Part shown: in pieces, positions 50,852 through 62,429 of the stretch
Numbering within the stretch: the stretch's first letter is position 1
Layout: the number at the start of each line of letters is the position of its first letter
NCBI RefSeq assembly: GCF_009914755.1
Contig: NC_060934.1
DNA: 64,000 nucleotides
Strand: one strand, 5' to 3'
Source of the DNA: the human T2T-CHM13v2.0 reference genome, Homo sapiens
Position numbers and translations under genes: made by a program
Notes under the pieces: model-generated
What the model saw: the letters and a program-made list of their open reading frames with translations, nothing else
What the model was told of the DNA's origin: nothing
Databases searched by the model: none

Positions 50852-51434
50852 TATTCTGTGTAGAACATGGAATTCTATATAGACAGGAGACTAATGATTT
50901 GAATTGCAAAAAAAAGCACATGATCAGTATCTTAGTTTGCTAAGAGAATTGTTATTGGGAATCAGAGTAAGACTGTAAAGGTTGACTGCCAGGGTGTTTC
51001 AGCAAAATGATACTGTGTGTGATTTCTAGAAAGCTGGAAATGGGAAGAGATAAAAAACAGAGAGTTGTACAACTATGCAGAAATCAAAGAACTAGTCACA
51101 CAGTGACTGATGTGCTTTAAGGACAGGATTTCTCTATTACTAATAATCAGCTTCATTCCTGAATGGCGGTGGCCTTTAGAGACCAATCAAGGACTTCTTA
51201 GCAAAAACTATAGGATTTTTTTTTTTTAAGAGAAGGGGTTTCACTATGTTGCCCAGGCTGTTCTTGAAACTCCTGGGTTCAAGGGATCCTCCTCCTCAGC
51301 CTCCCAAACTGTTGGGATGACAGGCATGAGCCAACATGCCCAGCCATTGGCAAACTAAGATACTGATCATGGGCTTTTTTTGCAATTCAAACCATTGTTC
51401 TGTTTATATAGAATTCCAAGTTCTACACAGAATA
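50852..51434. repeat. Long inverted repeat (arms 50852-50940 and 51350-51434)
   Basis: Reverse complement of left arm matches right arm at ~90% (manual alignment). Confidence 0.92.
51217..51345 (-). mobile_element. FLAM-type Alu monomer
   Basis: Antisense monomer with T-tail. Confidence 0.85.
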
Positions 51435-51916
51435 TAGGACTTTCAAGTGAGCAAAATCTGAGCACAATAAATGAATTGCTTTAGGAAGCAAATTAATTTC
51501 AAAAACTATCTACTTATAACTTGAAGCAAGCAATTCTAAGATGCTCAAAATTAAGTAAAATAGTATGCATGAAATGAAAATGAAAGGCCCTGTAGGTATT
51601 ATGTGAAACTTATACCTTCCCTTGATAATTACGGAGCCCCTGAATCCACAGAGGAAGGGAGGCCTATCCTGTTCCTTCTCAAATGTGTGAAGTTGCAGGG
51701 ATTCCTATATAAACCTTACACTCTTATATATCTCAAAGATGATTTCAGTGATTTCTAGGGACTGCTACTAGGCTCTTAAAGTGGAAAAAGACTATGTCAC
51801 CTTGCGATAAAGCAGCAGTTCTGCCTGCAAATGTCAGCCTCACTTCTTTCTATATACCAGAAAAATTCTTCCATTCCCTCCAGCCATATTGTAGCCCTCC
51901 AGTGGTTTTGGCAACA

Positions 51917-52141
51917 CAGATGCTCCCCAACTTATGATAGAGTTACACTTCACTAAACCCATCATAAATAGAAAATATGGTAACTCAAAATGTACTTAAC
52001 ACGTGGACAGACCCAGTAAAAAGTCCGACGTCAAACCATCGTAAAGTTCAGACCTTGACTTATGATAAGGTTATGTCCTGAAAAATTTGTAATAAACTTG
52101 CACAATCTTAAGTTGAACCAGTGTATGTCAAGGACCGTCTG
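51917..52141. mobile_element. TcMar-Tigger MITE (MER47-like)
   Basis: Termini cagatgctccccaacttatgat...ggaccgtctg followed by ta. Confidence 0.65.
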
Positions 52142-52780
52142 TATAGTGAAAGGAGGTGCTGCATTTTGAAGAACAAGTTAGTATACATGTAAAATAACAT
52201 TCCATTTTGTAGGCAGATGTTTGACATTACTAAAAGTAAAGTTCCATGAAGAGTGTAATATTTAAAAAGGTGATTTAAATGTTCACCAAGGTTTTGTAGA
52301 GATACACCAACTTTCAAGTGACTTTTCTGGTGACTGAGTCACTTGGAGCTATAACCAACTACAAAATGTATAATAAGCATATTAGGACTCTGAGACAATT
52401 TTTATATCAATAGCTCAACTGATTTAAAGGAAAACTTCAGAAAGCTCGAAAGAGAAGTTCTCCCAATCCACCTCCAGGCACAACTGCTCCAACTATCAAG
52501 TGTGGATGGGTCTGTAATGATCATTTTCATCGTTTCCAAAGGTCCCATCTATTATTCTCCTCACTCATTGCCAGACCAAAGAATATAAGTATCTGCCTAA
52601 AGTATATATGCTTGGATGCTGTCAAGAACTTGGAAAATTTCCCACTTGACATCTGGGCATCGGTGTCATAGCCAGTTGCAGAATACATACATCGCACCCA
52701 CACACACGTGTGTACATATGTGTCAAGCCCAAGCTCTGCTTAACTTGACCCAAACCTTTAACACCAAAACTTAAATTTCA

Positions 52781-53091
<311 letters not shown>

Positions 53092-53576
53092 ATGTTCCCA
53101 AGGCTCTCTATCACTAATAATAATATATGCATGCTAGTGAGGAAGAATGAGACTTTTCAAATATATGAAAGCAGTTCTTTCCAAGTAAATACTAATGTTT
53201 GCTAAAGCATGGAAATATAAGTATGAAATTTAAAAAGAGTAACATTTCTCATTAAAAGGAGAACCATCTGAGTCTAATAAAATACATGTAGCTGAACAGA
53301 TTTGAAAATGCTTCTTAACTGCCTTGGTAAGTTTCTTTAATATGTTTTGAAAGTGACCACATGTTTCAGAATTCTACGTATTTCAAAATGAACTCAGATG
53401 TTTTTAGACCTGAGTTAACCAAATGTCAGAACTAGTACATTATAGAAAGTTCTCAATTTGGGATATCCAGCCCTCATGTCCAGATACAGGTAAATTTCAA
53501 ACCTGACTCAGGCTATGTGTGTGGAAAGCCAAACACCTGGGCAACGTTGCAGCCAAAGATGTATATGTTTCCACTC

Positions 53577-53873
53577 TTTCTTTGTTTTTTTTTGAGATGG
53601 AGTCTCACTGTCACCCAGGCTGGAGTGCAGTGGCACAATCTCAGCTCACTGAAGCCTCCATCTCCCAGGTTCAAGTGATTCTCCCACCTCAGCGTCCCAA
53701 GTAGCTGGGATTACAGGCACCGGCCACCACACCTGGCTAATCTTTGTATTGTTAGTAGAGACAGGATTTTACCATGTTGGCCAGGTTGGCCTCGAATTCC
53801 TGACCTCAAGTGATCCACCCACCATGGCTTCCCAAACTGCTGGGATTACAGGCATGAGCCACCATGCCCAGCC
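53577..53873 (-). mobile_element. AluS
   Basis: Antisense dimer, TSD cactctt. Confidence 0.9.
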
Positions 53874-55834
53874 TCACTCTTATTTTAAAAAACAAAAATA
53901 CAACTGATGATCACAGCAGGCTAGATTCAATGGGCAAATCACAAAATTCAACTCATGAACTTGACTGTCCAAGGGTCCTGTAAATTCTGACATCCAACTG
54001 GTTATCTTCATTTTAGGAGAGCCCTCAAAGGGTACTATCCCTTGAATGTGGTCTTTATGAGCCCAATAAAAGATGAGAAAGATAAAACCTGTGGGAATTT
54101 ACCACCAGCAAGGAAACTCTTGATTTTGGTTAACATGTATTGTAGGAATAATGAATTCCTGACGCAGATTTTGTCCTTCATATCCAGGAAAGCGCTGACA
54201 ACATGCTGCTTGAGTTGAGATTCAAGGAAAACCATTTCTGAAGAGTTTTCTGAGACTCTTGCCTGGCTTATGCCATTCAATAAGCCCCATAAGGAAACTT
54301 TCCTATATGAGCAAAGGATTAGCTATAGGATGGTATAAAAGTCAGCACTGGATAAAGCCCTAGGCACATTTTATGTTTTCTCTACATACCACATGTTAAA
54401 CCTTTTAGCACATCAGTATGCATAGATGGGGCAAAGAGGAAGACATACTTACTATATTAGGTCTACCTAATTAGGACTGAATTAATTCCATTATTACCTT
54501 TTTTTTGATAGAAAATCATACCTCCTGCATTATGCAAGCAATAGCTGATTATTTGTAATAGTGTACAAACAATGGCAGGTATTCACTCCATCACAGGTTT
54601 CCTACCTCACCAAATGAAAAGGAATAATTAAATAAGAGAGCCTAGTTTTCAAAAGGCTGCTTCATTTAATATTCATAACAACTTCAAAACTGAAAAATAA
54701 TGTAATGCCTGTCAGATGATCTTCCATCCTTTGAAAAGGTTAGAAGAAGCTGCTGTGAGCAGTTCAGCTTGTGTATCCCAGGGAATGGTAGCTGTATTGT
54801 AACACCAAGTTGTCTGTTATTTCAAACTGGTAATTTGTTCCTTCCTTCAATCTAAATGTACTGTGGTTTTTGTTAGAGAGCTAACATGTATAATATGATG
54901 CTTTCCTGCAGTGAGTAAATTTTTTTTCTTCTCCTTGACTGATTCTTAACCGTAGAATAATTTTCTAGCTAGTCCAGCTCTATGATGTCATCCTGACTCC
55001 TGACATCAAGGACATGACCCCATTGAGGATGTGAAGGGAACTGAAAGAGGGCACCCAGATTGAGAAGGGACTTCGCCTGGATGGGCAGTGTGGTATAGGG
55101 ACGGTTACAGACTCATTTAGGTGGGCACTGTGGTATACGGAGGGTTATAGACTCACTTACGCAGGAGGAGTAGGTCTGAATCCTGACTGCCAAGTTTTTG
55201 CCAAGAACAAGTCCCTTAAATTTTGAGTTTTTTAATCTTAAAAATAAGAGCCTTGAAGTTGATCTTTATTTCCATCTCTGACTCTGCAGTTGATAAAATT
55301 CTGTAGCTATTTCAATTGCATGTGGAAGGATTTTGTAAAATTTGAAGTGAGATTATGCATCTTTTTTTCTTGTAACACTTTTTAAGTACTATATTTTCAG
55401 GTGGAACAATGGGAAAAGTAAATCATGTCAAGCAACAAAGCTAAACCTTTCATTTTACAGATGAGGAAACCAGTGGCATATCCTCTTGGGTCCTCGTGCC
55501 CTTCCACTCTGCCTCTTTTGTTAAACCCAGTGGCTTTGCATAAGTCACCAGAAGTCTTCCAATGTCATTTTATTACACTGATTTCACTCGGATATCTTGG
55601 GACCCAGTGTTTTCCCATTAGTCTTCATCAGCCTAAAATCATCTTAATCCTGTCCTTCCTGGAGCCCTCCCTGAATCATTGGCCTTGTGTATGACTCCTT
55701 TGCATTGACTGGATTGAGAATTTTCCATTCTCTCTTTTTCTCAAATGTCTGTTGCAATTTTAGGGAAACTTTTCACACTGTCCTTATTTTTACACAAAAT
55801 CTGCAAAAAGAAAAATCTTTTTTTGCACATTGTA

Positions 55835-57104
55835 TTGTTGGTGCAAATGTAATTGCGGTTTCGGACCATGGATTTTAAATGATAACTAGGCCTAAATACA
55901 TCTTTATTAATCAAAATAGGAAACACTACAATCAACACATTTTTGCCAAGGAGAAATAAGTGTGTTTATTCCTGTAGCATAAAACTCCGTGCTTTGGGAT
56001 TCGGCAAACTCTTGAAAAGCACTTTCTGCATCCTGCTGGTTGTGGAAGAATTTTCTCTGCAAAAAGTTGTCAAGATGCTTGAAGAAATGGTAGTTGGTTG
56101 GCGAGAGGTCATGTGAATATGATGGATGAGGCAAAACTTCGTAGCCCAATTCATTCAACTTTTGAAGCGCCGGTTGTGTGATGTGCAGCCAGGCGTTGTC
56201 ACGGAGAAGAACTGGGCCCTTTTTGTTGACCGACGCCGGCTGCAGGTGTTGCAGTTTTCGCTGCATCTCATCGATCTGCTGAGCATACTTCTCAGATGTG
56301 ATGTTTTCGCTGGGATTCAGAAAGCTATAGTGGATCACACCGGCAGCAGCCCACCAAACAGTGACCATAACCTTTTTTTTTTTTTTTTTTTTTTTGGTGC
56401 AAGTTTGGCTTTGGAGCTTCTCAGTCCAACAGCTGAGCTGGTTGTCAGTGGTTGTCATATAAAATCCAATTTTCGTCCCACGTCACAATCCGACTGAGAA
56501 ATGGTTCATTGTTGTTGCACAGAATAAGAGAAGATGCTTCCAAACAACAATTTATTTTTGCTTGGCTCATGAGGCACCTACTTATTGAGTTTTTTCACCT
56601 TTCCGATTTGCTTCAAATGTAGAAAGACCATAGAATGGTCAATGTTGAATTGTTCAGCAACTTCTCGTGTAGTTGTAAGAGAATCAGCTTTGATTATTGT
56701 TCTTGAGTAGTCGCTGTCAACTTCCAATGGTCAGCCACTATGCTCCTCATCTTCAAGTCCCTCGTCTCCTTTGCAAAGCTTCGTGAACCACCACCGCACT
56801 GTACGTTCATTAGCAGTTCCTGGGCCAAATGCATTGTTGATATTGCAAGTTGTCTCCACTGCTTTACGACCCATTTTGAACTCGAATAAGAAAGTCACTC
56901 AAATTCGCTTTTTGTCTGACATCATTTCCATAGTCTAAAATAAACATAAACAGCAAGTAATAAGTCATTAGCAAAAACGCATAAAGCGAGAAATGCGCAT
57001 TAAAATGATATATAACATAACCACATTTATTTAAGAATGTATACCAATATCAAATGGCAAATTCCAACAGTGCAAAAACCGCAATTACTTTTGCATTCAC
57101 CTAT
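55835..57104 (-). mobile_element. Near full-length Hsmar1 mariner DNA transposon (~1.27 kb)
   Basis: TIRs TTGTTGGTGCAAATGTAATTGCGGTTT (55835-55861) and AAAACCGCAATTACTTTTGCATTCACCTA (57075-57103), TA flanks, internal transposase. Confidence 0.95.
55907..56931 (-). pseudogene. Decayed Hsmar1 transposase
   Basis: Starts MEMMSDKKRI* (CGA>TGA), further stop and frameshift; C-terminal KVMVTVWW...PHPSYSHDLSPTNYHFFKHLDNFL...WQKCVDC..YFD in ORF 55907..56458. Confidence 0.93.
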
Positions 57105-57510
57105 AATAAAGGTTTTCAAAGTAGTTGTTTGTTATCTCAAAGCTGGTTTAAGATATTGTAATGAAGTCAAATGTTCTGTACTGCACTTTTATACAGTTGA
57201 TACAGAGAAAATCAACATTATATTTGAAACTACAGATTTAAAATGTTTCTCTGAAAATATTCAAGACGTCTAGCATGAAACTGATTCATTCAAGCAAACA
57301 GATTATAAGTGTATCTTTCAGTTTCATTAGATTTGATTACCTTGCATTCTTAATGTGCCTTACCTTTAAATTTAATTTTCTTTGCGTACTGTGTTGAGCA
57401 CTCATGATAGTTTTTTTTACTATGGTTAGTTTTATTTGCTTTCATTTTATTTTCTTTATAACCTATTTTTCCTCTCCTGTCCACCTGATTTTTGAATTGT
57501 CTGTATATAG

Positions 57511-57644
57511 CTATAGACATAGATGCTACTGGCTTAGATGCAGAAGAAAATGATATTCCAGCAAACCACCGCTCCCCTAAACCCAGTGCAAACAGTGTAA
57601 CGTCACCCCACTCCAAAGAGAAAAGAATGCCCTTCTTTAAGAAG
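57511..57644 (+). CDS. CACNB2: Alternative exon 7A (134 nt, long HOOK): [45 protein letters not shown]
   Basis: ctgtatatag acceptor after ~80-nt AG-free tract, AAG|gtaaca donor, phase 1-0; also seen in ORF 57492..57743. Confidence 0.96.
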
Positions 57645-57745
57645 GTAACATTAACTTCCAAGCTCCCATTGTCCACCTGCTCAACTGCACTGCGTCACAT
57701 TTCTAGTCCTGTTGACTGTCTGCGTCCTTTGATAAGCCAATAACG

Positions 57746-57751
57746 TGCATG
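57746..57751 (+). promoter_or_regulatory. RBFOX-type splicing element TGCATG between exons 7A and 7B
   Basis: Exact motif next to a putative branch point (TAAC 57741-57744); function inferred. Confidence 0.55.
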
Positions 57752-57785
57752 CTCTGTTATTTGTTTCTTTTCCATGCTGCTGTAG

Positions 57786-57805
57786 CTAAGCAGAAGCAGA
57801 AATCG
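57786..57805 (+). CDS. CACNB2: Alternative microexon 7B (20 nt): AKQKQKS
   Basis: tgctgctgtag|CTAAGCAGAAGCAGAAATCG|gtaagt, phase 1-0; AKQKQK motif is shared across CACNB paralogs. Confidence 0.93.
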
Positions 57806-58254
57806 GTAAGTTTACATTGACATAAGCTGTGTTTATCCTGCCACTGGCATCATTAGCATTAATTCCCACAGTTGTATTAAATACAATCATTTCTGTCCCA
57901 AGCAAAGAACCTATCAACAGCTAATTGAGTTCATGCATTTCAAACCAACTAAATTCAGGGAGTGACCTGTTAAAACACCATTACAGTACTTATCCTTTTT
58001 GATGGAATAATATCTACCACCAAGGGAATTTGTTTCAACATTCAGGGATGTCAAACACTGACAGCTCCACATAATGCACCTAAATTGTGCATGCTTATTC
58101 TATCTCTTTCTTTTATCCAGAAATTTAACTTATGATCAAACATATTAAAGCAGTTATTAAATTCTGACTTATGATATCCAGATACATAGCTTGTACTAAA
58201 AAAAAAAGTATTCAAGTTTTAATTTAGTCAGTATTTAAACTTCTAATCCACTAG

Positions 58255-58316
58255 GTGCAAAATCTGCAGATGAACAAGACCAGTGGAAAACTGCAGGCTT
58301 GTTTTGGCGGTTTACT
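58255..58316 (+). CDS. CACNB2: Alternative exon 7C (62 nt): GAKSADEQDQWKTAGLFWRFT
   Basis: ctaatccactag acceptor, ACT|gtgagt donor, phase 1-0, open frame; matches the beta-2 HOOK variant as I recall it. Confidence 0.85.
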
Positions 58317-59206
58317 GTGAGTTTTTCCTATTGTCATATATAAATATTCTCCCGATGTTCTTGCCTTCTCCATCAGTCAGATTTTACCATCTCACCCTTT
58401 GGACAGTGCAGCCAGTGGTCATGCGTAGAGCCTTTGCCACTGGCCATCCAAGATGCTACACAGCGAGGCTCCTTGTCCCCTAAATGGAAACTATAGGGTA
58501 TTCCTGAGCTCTCCTTACTTCAGACAAAGCCTTTTCCTCACCCATTTTGTAGCTTTAAAGCATTATTTTTTAAGGACCACTAACCTCCCCCCAAATTTCC
58601 CTTTTTTTCCCCTCTTTTACCCATCAGTTTCCACAGCTACCATGCTGTCTTTTAGAATCATACTAATGTCGCCAAGTCTGGCAAAACCATGGATATATTC
58701 TCACACGCAGATGTGATGTCAAATCTGTCTATCCTCTGCCCCCAAACTCTCCACATAATGAACACTTTTCCTCTGCAAACATGTATTTTGGTTTGTGGAG
58801 GAACTCAAGTCATTAATGAGGTGTCAGATACAGAACTGTAAAGTTGGCTTTTTTTGAATCAATTATGATTATTTTAATAAGGGAAAACTTCAGCACTCTG
58901 GGCAAAAATTGCAACACTTGGATTTTTGTGTTAACATAGCCTCAGCTTGATGTTCACCCACAACAGTGGGCCCATTTCTGGGGTCCGATCTTCTTGTTAC
59001 AGCTAAAGCTTGCAGCCAAGTGACTAACAGTGTCTATCATTCAGAAGCTTAGAAAATCGGCATCGCTAAGACATTTGGGCCTTGACGGAGCAGGAATGTG
59101 AGCTAAAACCCTGTTTGTCAAGATAGGTTTGTGAAGTTTGCTTACCTTTAAATTCTAAAACTTTAAAAACTTTTATCACAATTTTTTCACTAAATAATTT
59201 GAGCAG

Positions 59207-59593
<387 letters not shown>

Positions 59594-61589
59594 TCAAATA
59601 AGGTAATTTCTGTAGCTACCCTATTGATTAAGAAGCTGATTGATTACCAGCAACGGGTGACCCTTTGCTAGTTGGCAGTTACAGATCGAAGGAACCAAAG
59701 ACCTATCAAACACTGGGCCACTTCAGAATTAAAGTCTTGAGATAAAATTTCTTGGTAGCTGTTACTAAAATGCAGGAAATTTACATTCATAATTTCAACG
59801 GTGGAAAAGGTGTTCTTACACCGCATAGTTATCAGGACTTGGCTTCTAAACGTTTTCAGTATGATCCCAGGTGGTATAAATGAAATAGTTTAAGAAATAT
59901 GCTTATGATGCCTTCGGCACTGGTATTCATTCTTCTTATGTTATTGATAATGTGGTTAACATCAATGTAGAATTCAAAAACAAAACAACAGCCTGAGATT
60001 CAATGAGAAGATCGTTTTCTATGTTTTAGGTTGCTTTTAGAGTGGTGCTTGTGTGGTACGTGTGCTGTCACTGTATTATGTTTGTCTTGTTTTTTTTTTT
60101 TCTGTTCAAAACTGTATTCTACCTTGATTGTGTCAATTAAAATTAATTCTGAATGCTAGGTGAAATTTTAGGCAGTGAAATTTGACAGCACAGTCATGGT
60201 AATATTTTTCTTCCCTCTGATTATATCGTCTGTGACTACGGGTAAAATCTCAGATGGAAGCTTTTGAATTTGAAATGCTTTTTAATTCTCCCCTGAGGCA
60301 ATGTGAATTCAAATGAAGCCAGAAAAGTTTGTAATGGGCAATTTTAAGCAACAATAAAATGTTCTTGAGTGACGGGCAGATGCAAAAATGACATTCATAT
60401 CTGCACATCAGTGTACTGAATTCTTAAAATCATTTACAGAACATTTTTCTGTTGGTGTGTGTGATTCTCAAGTTATATTTTTTGACACTCCTTAGCCAGA
60501 AAGATTCATATAGCAATGATTTGCTTATCGCAGTGTCTAAGGCCATATCACTCTTATGCATTTTTTTAAAAAGTCATTTTTGGGTCAATTTAGCATTTTA
60601 TGCTATCAAAAGAGCCAATTTTAATATAAACCAATTTGCTGTTACCTAATTTTTGGAAAGATGTTATTTTACCATTTTATTTGAAGCAATTAACCTGAAA
60701 AGTGTTGATAGTTTTAGAAATTGCTACAAAATTTAGCTCCTCCCCTCTTATTAAAAAGAAATAATTTACTGCAGAAAGATGTCATTAGTTATCTGACAGA
60801 AAACTACTTTTGAGAATCATATTAGATATGCACATTGATAATGAACCTTTTGAGACCACAATAGCATGGTTGAATATATTATTATACATTAATCACCTTC
60901 CCTCGAAGACACATAAACCTTACCTTTGAAGTACCAAGGTATAGAAACCAAAAAATTCAATAGCATTAATCACTAAGCTGTGAGCAGGGATCATGATTAC
61001 TGTTTACTAAAATAAGCATGCATGTTCATTTAAACTCTCACAATAATATAGAATTTTGACAGTAGTGAGAGTTACAATATTTTGAGATTAGGTAAAAAGT
61101 ATTGGTAGTGAGAGTTATAATATTTTGAAATGAGGTTTTACACAGGTAAGACAAAAACCTAAGATGCAAAGGTAATGCAATCTTTCTTTCCTCTGTAATT
61201 AACCATGTTAGGTCTAATCACTACAACTCTTTAGAAAATTCAAATGCAGCCGAAAAGCAATATTAACTTCTAGTCAAGCCTAAAGCACCTATCTTGCATG
61301 AGGCATGTTTCTCTTTGTTCTGTCAACTAGTTTTTGTTCAAAAGCAGCATCTCTTGCTTTAGGAACGAATAGGTCTGTAGCATTTCTTGAGATGAGCAAG
61401 AAAACTGTAGACAACAGTAACTTGAAACTTCAGGAAAATGAACCCACCAATCTTTGACTGGGTTTATGTAGAAAAGAGGCAAGTGGGGAAAATAAAATGT
61501 CTGGAAAGCCAGTGCCTCATATTATGGAGTTCAGAAAGAGTACCTTATACACAAAATATTTATGTTCTACCTGCCTGTGAAACGTCTAA

Positions 61590-61718
<129 letters not shown>

Positions 61719-62118
61719 TAACTTGCATGCTGAACTTCTTTGTGATGCTGCCTCCTACTCCCGACCCTCTCTCTGAATTTTACAGCTTAAGGAGCCAACT
61801 TTAGAGCTTAGAGAGCTCACAGCAGCAAAGCCTGTTGTTCTGCAAACTGGTATACACTGCTTCGTCCTTTTTCTGTTTTGTTTACCTGGCTGTTGCTTTG
61901 AAGATTTCTGCTAGCTGCAGTGTACTCAGTCCAGGAAATAGTGTCAAATGGAGACCGACTGAAACCACTTGCAATGTTATTTGTCACTAAAACATCATGA
62001 TAAGTTCAGTTTAATTGTCATTGCATCAGAACTCAGAAGCAGAAAAATGCGGCAACCTCATATTGCCACTCTTTCCAGATGCAAAGCTCAGGTTTTCAAG
62101 CATTCCTAAGAGAAGTAA

Positions 62119-62244
<126 letters not shown>

Positions 62245-62429
62245 TGAGTATTTCAGCATACTGGGTTTTGTGGATTTTGTCTTAAAGATGGCAAAACGCT
62301 GGTGGGACATGCGTGTGATTCCAAGAGAAAATGGCCCTCTGATGTCTATATGATGACAGGAAACAAGTTTCACTCAATTTAATCTGATTCAATCAATATT
62401 TATCATATTTGCTTGGTACATCTTTAACC

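Noticed and set aside
55907-56458. 183-aa ORF resembling the SETMAR transposase domain
   Set aside because: C-terminal remnant of a dead Hsmar1: the N-terminal part is out of frame through the A23 run, upstream stops are present, there is no SET domain, and TIRs flank it
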